DNA from: Longimicrobiales bacterium
GTDB lineage: Bacteria > Gemmatimonadota > Gemmatimonadetes > Longimicrobiales > Gaopeijiaceae
Direction: 5' to 3'
NCBI GenBank assembly: GCA_963422615.1
Contig: OY730414.1
Location: forward strand, 2,030,302-2,094,301
DNA: 64,000 bases
The notes beneath the pieces were generated by a model that did no database searches, was not told where the DNA came from, and saw only the letters and a program-made list of their open reading frames with translations. A program made the translations under genes and the position numbers. The stretch's first letter is position 1, and each line of letters starts with the position of its first letter. Positions 26,667 to 35,662 of this stretch are shown here, piece after piece.

Positions 26667-27445
26667 GACATCTCCACTACGTCAAGGGCGGCCTGGGCGG
26701 CCTCCCGGTCCACGAATGCTTTGACCACCGGATCGGCGTCGGTTCGGAACCGGGCGGGAGTCCCGCAGAACCGAATGCGCCCGCCCTCCAGCATCGCCAC
26801 CCGGTCGCACATCCAAAGGGCGCCTTCCACGTCGTGAGTGACGATCATGGAGGTGACCCGCAACTCTTGCGAAAGCCCCTTGATCAGTCGCTCCACGGCC
26901 GCAGTATTGACCGGATCGAGGCCCGTGGTGGGCTCGTCCCAAAGAAGAATGCTGGGTCGGCCCACGATGGCCCGGGCGATCCCGACCCGCTTCTTCATTC
27001 CTCCCGAGAGCTCGGCGGGCATTTTGGAGAGGACGGCACCGGGCTCCAGGTTCACCAGTTCCACCGCTTCCCAAACCGCTTGCGCCGTCTCCCGCCTCCC
27101 CATCCGCCCAAGGCGGTCCGCAGGCAACCCCATCTCCACGTTTCGGTAAACGTTCATGGAGTCAAAGAGGGCGGCATTCTGGAAGACGTACCCCACCAAC
27201 TCCCGAACCCGCTTCAGGGCACCTCTGCCCCCGAAGTAAACCGACCTCCCGTTCACCTCCACGTCTCCAAGGTCGGGGACGATCAGGCCGATGGTGGTCT
27301 TGAGCAACACGCTCTTGCCCGTCCCCGAAGGGCCGAAGAGGGCAAACATCTCCCCCGAATGGACGTCCAGGTCAATGCCCGTCAACACCGGGTGGTCGAA
27401 GGCCTTGTGGGTATTGCGAAAGCGAATGACTGGGGTGGAGGTCAT
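26663..27445 (-). CDS. mlaF: MlaF-like ABC transporter ATPase
   Basis: GPSGTGKS, FQNAALFDS, LSGGMKKRV, DEPTTGLDP. Confidence 0.9.
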   Translation of the reverse strand: MTSTPVIRFRNTHKAFDHPVLTGIDLDVHSGEMFALFGPSGTGKSVLLKTTIGLIVPDLGDVEVNGRSVYFGGRGALKRVRELVGYVFQNAALFDSMNVYRNVEMGLPADRLGRMGRRETAQAVWEAVELVNLEPGAVLSKMPAELSGGMKKRVGIARAIVGRPSILLWDEPTTGLDPVNTAAVERLIKGLSQELRVTSMIVTHDVEGALWMCDRVAMLEGGRIRFCGTPARFRTDADPVVKAFVDREAAQAALDVVEMS

Positions 27446-27485
27446 TGGATGGGCGGTCGGCTGGATCGCGGCAGACGGGGTAAGC

Positions 27486-28274
27486 TCACTGGAGGAACAG
27501 GGGCGGAAAGAGGGCATCCAGGATCAGGATGGTGAGGGTCTGGAACATGACCGAGGCCGTGGTGGTTCGGCCCACCCCGGCTGCGCCTCCCGCCGTGCGG
27601 AACCCCATGTGAATCGCGATCACCGGGATGGCGAATCCGAAAGCCAGCGCCTTCATGAAGGAATAGAACAGGTCCCAGGAGTGCCAGAACAGACGGGCGC
27701 CGTAGAGGAAGGTTTCGAAGCTGAGACCGACCGACAGCTGAGCCGCGATCATCCCCGAGAACATCCCGACGGCGTTCGAGATGCCCACCAGAAGGGGCAT
27801 GACCAAGAGTCCGGCGAGGATGCGCGGCGCCGCGAGGATGATCACCGGATCCCGCCCCAGGGAATAGTAGGCGTCGATCTGTTCCGAGACGACCATGGTG
27901 CCCAGTTCGGCGGTGATCCGGGCGCCGACTCTCCCCACAAGGACGATGGCCGTGAGCACGGGGGCGAGTTCCAGAACGATGCTCGTGACGGTCACGCTGC
28001 CCAGCACGTACAGGGGGATCATGGCCGTGATCTGGTAGCCGCCCTGCTGGGACGTGACGATCCCGGACAGAAGGGCCGTGACCAGGACGATGGGGATGCT
28101 CTGCACGCCCATTACGTAGAGCTGACGCACGAATTCCCGGAATGAAACGCGCAGGCGCACCAGGGCGACAAAGGTGGACCCAACCAGCAGCCCCAGCTGG
28201 CCGGCGTGCCCGGCCCAGTCTTCCCAGCGCCGTCCGATGGCGCCTACGGCGCGACCCAGTCCGGAATCCGTCAC
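27486..28274 (-). CDS. mlaE: MlaE family ABC permease
   Basis: ELAPVLTA, GRVGARITAELGTM..SEQIDA, GGAAGVGRTTT. Confidence 0.92.
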   Translation of the reverse strand: MTDSGLGRAVGAIGRRWEDWAGHAGQLGLLVGSTFVALVRLRVSFREFVRQLYVMGVQSIPIVLVTALLSGIVTSQQGGYQITAMIPLYVLGSVTVTSIVLELAPVLTAIVLVGRVGARITAELGTMVVSEQIDAYYSLGRDPVIILAAPRILAGLLVMPLLVGISNAVGMFSGMIAAQLSVGLSFETFLYGARLFWHSWDLFYSFMKALAFGFAIPVIAIHMGFRTAGGAAGVGRTTTASVMFQTLTILILDALFPPLFLQ

Positions 28275-28846
28275 CGACCGGCCGAGGTACCGGGCCTCCG
28301 CCGAAGCCTTGGCGGACCCACGAGAAACCCCGCGGAAAAGGTCTGATCGTTGATCGTCTCCGAGTGCAGTTCAAGCCGGTACTGAACAAAGGGGGTGACC
28401 ACCGGCACGCTCGGGAACCGAATACCGAAAACGAAGTTGCCGTCCCAGTCCTTCGTCGGCCCGCCCTCTTCCGCCTGGAAGCGCCTAAACGAGGCGCCTA
28501 TGCCCACGTACGTCGGCCCGCGAGTCACGCCGAGCTCCGTCCCCACTTCCCCCAGGGAGCACGTCTCGCAGTTCGGGAAGAAGCGATCATAGGTTCCGGC
28601 AACCAACAGTCCTTCGAAGACAAATCCCAAGTCGATCTCCCCCCTTCCGCCGACCCCGAAGGTCCCGCCAACAAGCCCCCTCTGGTAGACTCCGTGACCC
28701 CCAACCCGAAACTGCGCCGAAGCCGGGGAAGGCAGAGACTGGATCACCGAGGCGCCCATCAGCACCGCCAGCAGAGGTGCCAATCGCCGTAGGGACAAGT
28801 ATCGTCCGGCGTTGAGCTGAAACAACGGCGCCTCCTCTTTGGACAT
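28271..28846 (-). CDS. Putative small outer-membrane beta-barrel protein
   Basis: Signal peptide ending ASA-Q; alternating beta-strand pattern; stop overlaps mlaE start. Confidence 0.55.
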   Translation of the reverse strand: MSKEEAPLFQLNAGRYLSLRRLAPLLAVLMGASVIQSLPSPASAQFRVGGHGVYQRGLVGGTFGVGGRGEIDLGFVFEGLLVAGTYDRFFPNCETCSLGEVGTELGVTRGPTYVGIGASFRRFQAEEGGPTKDWDGNFVFGIRFPSVPVVTPFVQYRLELHSETINDQTFSAGFLVGPPRLRRRPGTSAGR

Positions 28847-29018
28847 TTGATCCCCAACGTTGATGCCTAAAGGTTGGGCCGGGTGATCCACCAGTGACGG
28901 TTGTCTCCCCGCTGCGCCCCCGAGGCCCGCTACGCCCAAAGGCAGTATGATTGGCGGAGCGACCCCGTCTCCCGGATGAGCCCGAACTGACTGCTTAAGG
29001 GAACCGACTGCTAAAGGA

Positions 29019-29618
29019 ATGTACCGAAACCGCACCTTTTCCGTCGCCGCTTTCGCCGGGGGGGCCGGCCTGGCCGCGCTCCTCGTCTTTCCCGCGGAGG
29101 GGCTAGGGCCCACGCGCCCCGCGGGGGCAGGCGACCCCACGGACCCGAAGGGCCGCCCGGCCCTTCACCCATTCCGCCTTTCCATCGCCGATGTCCAGGT
29201 AACCGCTTCGGGAATGGAGGTCACGATCCGGTTCTTTTGGGACGACCTGCAGTTTGCCCTTATGGAAAGGACATCGGACATGGATTTCCGCCTGGCCGAA
29301 ACCGACGAAGTCGACGGGGTCGTTCAGCGGTACATCAACGAGATGTTCGTCATTCGGGACGACGGCGGCCCCGTGATTCCGGGAACCGTGAGGAAACGAG
29401 GGATTGAGGAAGCCCTCATACCCGACGAAGTCATGTGGTGGTACCGCCTCGATTACCCGCTCCCCGCGACGGTCGAAAGGATCCGGGTCCGGAACCGGCT
29501 CCTCTTCAACATGTTCGAGGACCAGCGCAACATCGTCCACTTGAAGACCCGGAGCGGCAAGGAGAGAGCCTATACGTTCGGATGGGACAGGGACAGCTTG
29601 GTCGCCGGCGTCACCTGA
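29019..29618 (+). CDS. Secreted hypothetical protein (DUF6702-like)
   Basis: Signal peptide; HPFRLS, RFFWDDL, NRLLFNMFEDQRNIVH motifs. Confidence 0.65.
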   Translation: MYRNRTFSVAAFAGGAGLAALLVFPAEGLGPTRPAGAGDPTDPKGRPALHPFRLSIADVQVTASGMEVTIRFFWDDLQFALMERTSDMDFRLAETDEVDGVVQRYINEMFVIRDDGGPVIPGTVRKRGIEEALIPDEVMWWYRLDYPLPATVERIRVRNRLLFNMFEDQRNIVHLKTRSGKERAYTFGWDRDSLVAGVT

Positions 29619-29665
29619 CCGCACGGACAGTCCGAACCGCTCGGGGACCACCGCCACCCGTGAGA

Positions 29666-30868
29666 TCATCGTCTACCCGGGGTCACGACGGAGGTTCCGG
29701 TGTCACCCGGGCCGGAGCGGGAAGACGGGCCACCCTCCATCTTCCAGAAAACGATTCCCCCGGCCTGCTGTCCCACCTCCACTTCTGCCACCCGCTGGAA
29801 AGTAGAAAGATCGAAGACGTCTACCTTTCCCGGCTCCGCCCCTACCCCCTCCACAGAAACGAAGGCATAGCGCCCATCGGAGCTCACGACCACGCCGTGG
29901 GTCACGCTGGTGGACGACGGGACCGTGGCGACGGACCGACCCACTCGAAGGTCGAAGAATTGGACGCCGGCACCCTGTTTGAGCGTGGCCACCAGGAGGC
30001 CGTCATCGGGAGTCAGGGCAAGGTTGTACGGACCGGCCCCCGTTTCGAAACTCCGATTCAGGGACCCGGACGCCAAGTCGATCTCCAGGATGCGGTTCCC
30101 TCCGTTGCACGCCACCAGGATCGAGCCGCCCCGGTGCGCGGGCACCACCCAGGTGGGGGCGCAGGAGGGGGGTTCGGATCCGGACGAACCCATCCTCCCA
30201 TGAGGACCCGAACCTTCGGCGGATTCTCGTGGCAGCGGCCCTTCCCTTCCGGAAGCAACAGAAAAGCGTCTGCCGACCGTGAAGCTGCGGGTGTCCACCT
30301 CGACGACCTGGTCGTCCATCATGCACGCCGAGTACAGGAAGTCGCCGGCGGCGTCCAGACGGGCGCCGTGGGGCATCACGCACGTCTCGATCTGCTCCAC
30401 CTCGATCATCGCGGGGGTGTAGACCACCGAGATCGTGGACGGCACCCTTTCGCCATGAAGGTTGAAGTTGGCCACGAAGGCGTAGAGACCGTCCGGAGTG
30501 ACGTCCAACGTGGCGGGAAAGTAGCCCAGGAGAACCGGATCGCCCGCCAAGGTGTCGGGGCCGGCGTGGAACTTCCAGAGCTTCCCGTCCGGTACGCCGT
30601 GCCCGGTGGTCAGGAAGATGAACCGGCCGTCGGAAGATACATTGAGGCCATGCGGCCCCTCGATTTCGGTCGCCATCTCTCCGACGGGAAGGGTCCGATC
30701 CAGGGCCGCACCCTTCGGTCCGAACCGGATCCGATGCAACAGATCCGCCGACTCGGCGGCGACGTACACGTAGTAGGTGGCCGCGGGCAGATCCTGGGCG
30801 GCCCCGGGAGCGGCGCCAAGGGAAAACAGGAACAGCCCGGCGCAAGCGGATGGGAACCTGAAACTCAC
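29666..30868 (-). CDS. YncE/YVTN-family beta-propeller protein
   Basis: SD GAAGGAGGA before GTG 30868; signal peptide; repeated PHG...PDG blades. Confidence 0.8.
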   Translation of the reverse strand: MSFRFPSACAGLFLFSLGAAPGAAQDLPAATYYVYVAAESADLLHRIRFGPKGAALDRTLPVGEMATEIEGPHGLNVSSDGRFIFLTTGHGVPDGKLWKFHAGPDTLAGDPVLLGYFPATLDVTPDGLYAFVANFNLHGERVPSTISVVYTPAMIEVEQIETCVMPHGARLDAAGDFLYSACMMDDQVVEVDTRSFTVGRRFSVASGREGPLPRESAEGSGPHGRMGSSGSEPPSCAPTWVVPAHRGGSILVACNGGNRILEIDLASGSLNRSFETGAGPYNLALTPDDGLLVATLKQGAGVQFFDLRVGRSVATVPSSTSVTHGVVVSSDGRYAFVSVEGVGAEPGKVDVFDLSTFQRVAEVEVGQQAGGIVFWKMEGGPSSRSGPGDTGTSVVTPGRR

Positions 30869-31288
30869 CTGCGATCCTCCTTCTGCGTTGAGGCGTGGTT
30901 TGCTGGTTCGGGTGCAGTCGTAGAATCCGGTCGGGGGCATCCAGGGATCATCAAAAAGGCGCCGATGACCCGTTGCCTTGAGGCGAAGGGTAGAGCCAGC
31001 TTGTTCGGCAGGGCAAGATCCCGACCCAGACGTTGCCGGGCCGATGTTCCCCGTTCCCGGTAAATTCAGGCGAACCTCCCGAACTCCCATGACCCGTTTC
31101 CCCACCCCAGTGAAATCCAACTCCATGCCGGCGGAAATTCCCCGAAGGAGTCGGGAACTCCGGCCGGGGCCTCCGGAAGCTCCCGCTCGCCTGGACCGTT
31201 GTCCGGACCAGGTGTGGGAGCCCCGAAACGGCCGCTTATCCTGCTACTTCGCGCCGCGCCAGCCTACCCCGGCGGTCAAAGGCCTTCC

Positions 31289-32518
31289 GTGATCCAGCTC
31301 ATCGCCGTGGTGGGTATCTCCCTAACGGTTTCCTTTTTGTGCTCGGTGCTCGAGGCCGTCCTGCTGTCCGTCAACCCCGCCTACATCGCCCTTCTTCAGG
31401 ACCGGGGTGAGCGGGCCGGCGACATCCTCCATCGGATGAAACGGAACATCGACAAGCCGGTAGCGGCCATTCTCACCCTCAACACCATCGCTCACACCGT
31501 CGGCGCTACCTGGGCCGGGGCCATCGCGGCGCAAATCTTTGCGGACAACCGGATCGGCGTCTTCTCCGCGGTTCTGACGCTTGCCGTTCTCGTGTTCTCG
31601 GAGATCATCCCCAAGACCTTTGGCGCCACCTTCTGGAAGGGACTGGCCCGGCCGGCCGCGCACGTTCTTCGCCTCATGGTCTTCACCCTGAATCCCGTCC
31701 TCGTCCCCCTTGGTTTCTTGAGCCGATGGATCACCCCAAAGGGGGCAAGCCAGGTCACGATCAGCCGCGCGGAGATCGAAGTCCTGGCCGAAATCGGACA
31801 CCGTGAAGGCACCATTGACGAAGACGAATTCCTGGTCATGTCGAACGTCATGCGGCTTGACGGAATCACCGCCAGCGAGGTCATGACGCCCCGGATCGAC
31901 ATTGTCGCCGTGCCCGCGGACGCCACCGTCGAAGAAGCAATGGACGTCATGATCGACCGGGGGAAGCTCCGCCTCCCGGTTTACGAGACCAACCTGGACC
32001 GGATCGTGGGCGTGCTCTTGGCGCGGGATCTCTGGCGGGCCGCCCGGGAGGGACGGGAAAACGTGCTGGACGTCACGCGCACCGTGCAGTTCTCCCCCGC
32101 ATCCAAGACCGTGGAAGACCTCATTCGGGAGATGCGGGCGAAGCGGACGAACATGGTGATCATCCTGGACGAGTTCGGTGGAACGGCGGGGCTGGTCACC
32201 CTGGAAGACCTGATCGAAGAGATCATCGGGGAGATCCGCGACGAACACGAAACGGACGAACCCCGGGAGTTCCAGAGGCTGGGAGACGGCCGAACCCTCA
32301 TCTGGGGAGGAACCGCGGTGAAGGATGTGGAGGAACGACTGGGAATCGAATTGGGGGAGGATTTCGACACCCTGGGCGGCTACGTCTTTGGCGCTCTGGA
32401 CCGGGTCGGAAAGACCGGGGACACCGTGGACGTTGGCAATGGCCGACTCCGGATTGCCAAAGTGCGGGGCCGGCGGATCGAGTACTTGCTCTTCTCCCCT
32501 GAAGGTCCAAGCTCCTGA
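31289..32518 (+). CDS. CNNM/CBS/CorC (hemolysin-family) Mg2+ transporter-related protein
   Basis: AILTLNTIAHT, SEIIPKT, MTPR, DEFGGTAGLVTLEDLIEEIIGEI.DE, CorC-like tail. Confidence 0.92.
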   Translation: MIQLIAVVGISLTVSFLCSVLEAVLLSVNPAYIALLQDRGERAGDILHRMKRNIDKPVAAILTLNTIAHTVGATWAGAIAAQIFADNRIGVFSAVLTLAVLVFSEIIPKTFGATFWKGLARPAAHVLRLMVFTLNPVLVPLGFLSRWITPKGASQVTISRAEIEVLAEIGHREGTIDEDEFLVMSNVMRLDGITASEVMTPRIDIVAVPADATVEEAMDVMIDRGKLRLPVYETNLDRIVGVLLARDLWRAAREGRENVLDVTRTVQFSPASKTVEDLIREMRAKRTNMVIILDEFGGTAGLVTLEDLIEEIIGEIRDEHETDEPREFQRLGDGRTLIWGGTAVKDVEERLGIELGEDFDTLGGYVFGALDRVGKTGDTVDVGNGRLRIAKVRGRRIEYLLFSPEGPSS

Positions 32519-32687
32519 CGCCTCCCGGGGCGGTCTCTTCGGGGGACAGGGGCACCCGGAGCCGTAACCGATCCGAAGATGCAGATGGGCAGACATGCCA
32601 AATAAGATCCGGCTCGAAATCCACTGCGCATCTGCGATTCCAGGAGCCGGGCGCCCGGTCAACCCCTTCCTGACTTTCCCCTTGGCT

Positions 32688-33227
32688 TCAGGACCCCCCA
32701 GCTCCGGCGGGGTCCCCGTCGTCCCCGGAGGGTTGCCGGCCCGCCCGCTTCAACTCCCGCTCCTCCTGCCAAAACGACAGCGCGAGGAGAACGGCGCCGC
32801 AACTGATCGCCATATCCGCCACGTTGAAGATCGGCCAGTGCATGAAGCCGAGATCGATGGGACCGATGAAATCGACAACGCCCCGGTCCCATCGGACCCG
32901 GTCAATCAAGTTGCCCAGGGCGCCGGAGATAATCAGGGAAAGCGCGATGATCCGGGTGGGGTCCCGGTCATTGGCACGGGCGATGAGGGCAACCATGAGT
33001 CCCAGGGCGAACAGGGTTACCGGAATGAAGAACCAGCGGGGATCGTTACCGATGGAGATCCCGAAGGCCGCTCCCCGGTTGAACGCCAGGGTAAGGGGCA
33101 CGTACCCGCCCATGAAGTCGGGCCAGGGACCGCTTCGCAGGGCCTCCAAAGCCCAACGCTTGGTGAAAACGTCGGCCAGCAGGATCAGCGGAAGACCGAT
33201 ACCCAGTGTGATCAGCTTTCGCTTCAC
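32688..33227 (-). CDS. lspA: Lipoprotein signal peptidase II
   Basis: D..TK, NRGAAFG, GALGNLIDR, VVDF, FNVAD. Confidence 0.95.
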   Translation of the reverse strand: MKRKLITLGIGLPLILLADVFTKRWALEALRSGPWPDFMGGYVPLTLAFNRGAAFGISIGNDPRWFFIPVTLFALGLMVALIARANDRDPTRIIALSLIISGALGNLIDRVRWDRGVVDFIGPIDLGFMHWPIFNVADMAISCGAVLLALSFWQEERELKRAGRQPSGDDGDPAGAGGS

Positions 33228-33254
33228 GTAACTCCAAGGGTCCTTTGGGGGAAA

Positions 33255-33608
33255 TGGAGGCGGCGGGAGTCGAACCCGCGTCCGCGAATGGATCCTTCGA
33301 AACGTCTACGTGCGTAGATCGCCGTTCGCTTCACGACCGGGGGAGGTCGGCGAACCACCCCTCCCGGGCTAGCCACCTGGGTGTCTCGCCCCTCGGTTCG
33401 GTAGCCGAAACCGACGGACCAGCCCGAATCGTCGACGCTTCCTCGGCTCGCCTCGGGCGAGCAAACCGGGAAACGGACCGCGTTGTTTACGCGGCCAGGG
33501 CCAAGTCAGAGTTGGCAGTTATTATGATTTCCGGAAGGATTTGCGAGGTTCCCGGACCTCGGCACGCAGCTTCAAGATCACCAGACACGTCGAAACCGTG
33601 TCGCCCCC
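33255..33608 (-). ncRNA. ssrA: tmRNA, tag (A)ANSDLALAA
   Basis: 5' GGGGGCGACACGGUUUCGAC; 3' GGUUCGACUCCCGCCGCCUCCA; internal AUAACU-GCC resume context encoding ANSDLALAA-stop. Confidence 0.96.
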
Positions 33609-33672
33609 TTGTTGTCAATCAACGGCCGGCGGACACCCGGGTACGCCCCGGCGTGCCCAGAAACCGCTCAAC

Positions 33673-33701
33673 ATCCTAACACCGCGTCAGCGCCCTGTAA
33701 A
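33673..33701 (-). promoter_or_regulatory. Putative sigma70 promoter of ssrA
   Basis: Minus strand TTTACA-N17-TAGGAT with TG extension, about 65 bp upstream of the tmRNA 5' end. Confidence 0.55.
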
Positions 33702-33789
33702 GCGTCCCCTGTACCGGCCCGGGCCCCCTAGAGAAGCCGACGGGGGGCCACCCCTTCGGGGGCGCCTCGGGCAGCCCTCAACCTGGAAG

Positions 33790-34839
33790 TCACTGAACAT
33801 CCTGACCGAATGGGACCCCAGGCCGATCCCCGGACGGCGGGGCTGCCCCGACCCGGCCCGCCCGGGCCAGATAGCCCTCCAGAAGCGTCCGTACTTCCCG
33901 CAGGTCCCGGACCTGGAAGAGGCGCTGGCGCAGCGGGCGCCCGTCCGGCAGGCCTTTCGTATACCAGCCCAGGTGCTTCCGGAACTCCCGAATCGCCTTT
34001 TCCACATCGCATTCGAAGGCAATCGCGTTCTCGGCGTGTTCGATGCAGATCGCGAACCGAGTGCGGACCCCCGGGTCTCCGGGGACGGGCAAGCCGTCCA
34101 GGGCAGCTCGGGCTTGCCGAAAGAGCCAAGGCGCGCCGTGAGAACCCCTCGCGATCATGATTCCTTCACACCCGGTCCGCTCTCTCATGCTCTGGGCGTC
34201 TTGCCCGGAGCGGACATCGCCGTTTCCGATCACGGGAACATCCAGCGTGCGAACGAGGGTTCCGATCTCTTCCCACCGGGCGAGCCCGGAGTACATGTCG
34301 GCGCGCGTTCGGGGGTGAAGCGTCACCATCCGGGAGCCGGCCTCCTGGCACACCAGGCCGATCCTGCCGGGGTCGCGGGTCGCCTCGTCGAAGCCGGAGC
34401 GGATCTTGGTGGTCACCGGAAGGGGCGTGGCGTCCGCCACGGCGCGAACAATCCGGCTCACGAGTTTCATGTCCCGAAGGCACCCGGATCCGCCGTTCCT
34501 CTTGACGACCTTCTTGACAGGACACCCAAAGTTGATGTCGATGAAGTCGGGGCCGTACACCTCGGTGACCAGCGCGGCCGCGTCCGCCATACTTCCCGGG
34601 TCGGCCCCGAAGATCTGAACCCCGATGGGGCGCTCTTCTTCGTGGAAGCGCAGGTACTTCGCGGTCTTCTTGCTGTCCCGTACGATCCCTTCGGCGCTCA
34701 CGAACTCCGTGAGCACCACATCCGCTCCGAATCTCCGGCACAATCGCCGAAAGGGGGACTCGGAAACCCCGGCTTGGGGAGCCAGAAACAGCGGAGTGCG
34801 ATAGGTAGACCCCTCGCTTCGGATCCCATTCAACCCCAT
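33790..34839 (-). CDS. dusB: tRNA-dihydrouridine synthase B
   Basis: LAPQAG, QIFG, DINFGCP, HPRT, GNGD, ARG motifs. Confidence 0.92.
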   Translation of the reverse strand: MGLNGIRSEGSTYRTPLFLAPQAGVSESPFRRLCRRFGADVVLTEFVSAEGIVRDSKKTAKYLRFHEEERPIGVQIFGADPGSMADAAALVTEVYGPDFIDINFGCPVKKVVKRNGGSGCLRDMKLVSRIVRAVADATPLPVTTKIRSGFDEATRDPGRIGLVCQEAGSRMVTLHPRTRADMYSGLARWEEIGTLVRTLDVPVIGNGDVRSGQDAQSMRERTGCEGIMIARGSHGAPWLFRQARAALDGLPVPGDPGVRTRFAICIEHAENAIAFECDVEKAIREFRKHLGWYTKGLPDGRPLRQRLFQVRDLREVRTLLEGYLARAGRVGAAPPSGDRPGVPFGQDVQ

Positions 34840-34900
34840 CGGGAGGCCGCCGAAAAGGCACTTGTCCAAGGCCTCATCCCCACCCGTGATCAAGACGCCC

Positions 34901-35341
34901 CTACTTGGTAACAAACATCTTGATCCAGGCGGCTCTTTGCCCACTCACCTGCATCTGAACGAAGTACACTCCCGAAGCGACCTGGTTGCCCGTCCTGTCG
35001 CGTCCGTCCCAATAGGCCTCGTAGGACCCCGGCGACGTGTACTCCAGCTGGAGGACCGGCAGCCCGGCTCCGCCCGGATGGCCCAGGGCGAGAGGCGCTG
35101 CGACGAACTGTTGAAGGATGTTGAAGATGCGCACGGACACCGTGACGGTCTCCCCCTCCGAAAAGAGCTCCTCCGACAGCTCAAAGGGGATTCGCGTCTC
35201 GGGGTTGAAGGGGTTCGGGTAGTTCTGTTCCAGCCGAAATTTGCCCCCCTTTTCGTCCCCCGGCGGCGGCCCCTGCTGAGCAACCAAGCTCGCCGGGCCA
35301 CCGGAACACAAGACGACGACGGCGCAGAGAATGCGCCTCAA
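34901..35341 (-). CDS. Small secreted protein made of a single T9SS-CTD/FlgD-Ig-like domain
   Basis: Signal peptide then LEQNYPNPFNP.T.I.F, IFNIL.Q.V, WDGRD..G..VASGVYF; start approximate (TTG). Confidence 0.75.
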   Translation of the reverse strand: MRRILCAVVVLCSGGPASLVAQQGPPPGDEKGGKFRLEQNYPNPFNPETRIPFELSEELFSEGETVTVSVRIFNILQQFVAAPLALGHPGGAGLPVLQLEYTSPGSYEAYWDGRDRTGNQVASGVYFVQMQVSGQRAAWIKMFVTK

Positions 35342-35662
35342 GAAAGTTCCGGCCTTCGGGTTCGCAGCGTTCGTGGTATCGCCCCTCCAGGTTCTGCGGG
35401 GTCGTCGCCACCTGCACCCCAATGTTGAAGGGAAAGGGTGATCCGGTCAATGAAGTCGGCTGGAATCTCCGGGGGCGTTGCCCGACCCGTTCCGGGCGGA
35501 ATTCCGTCTTCCCGTGGCTTCATCTCTTGTCGCCCTCCCCCTTCCTTCGCCCGTCGGTAGGCCGTCTTCCTATACGACTCTAGGTACCGCCGGTGTCCCG
35601 GAAAGGTTGCAGACAACTTCTTTCTTAGGCCCGATTGGCCGATCGGGACGACCCGAAGCCGG

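Noticed and set aside
30869..31288. 420-bp divergent gap upstream of the CNNM gene as a metal riboswitch
   Set aside because: No recognisable M-box or yybP-ykoY motif
32581..32635. 11/12-bp inverted repeat with 31-nt spacer between the convergent CNNM and lspA genes
   Set aside because: Large loop and no U-tract; cannot distinguish from chance
34945..35523. Possible UGA(Sec) read-through ORF just downstream of selB
   Set aside because: Read-through of TGA 35338-35340 gives Arg/Ser-rich junk overlapping a real gene; no redox motif or evident SECIS
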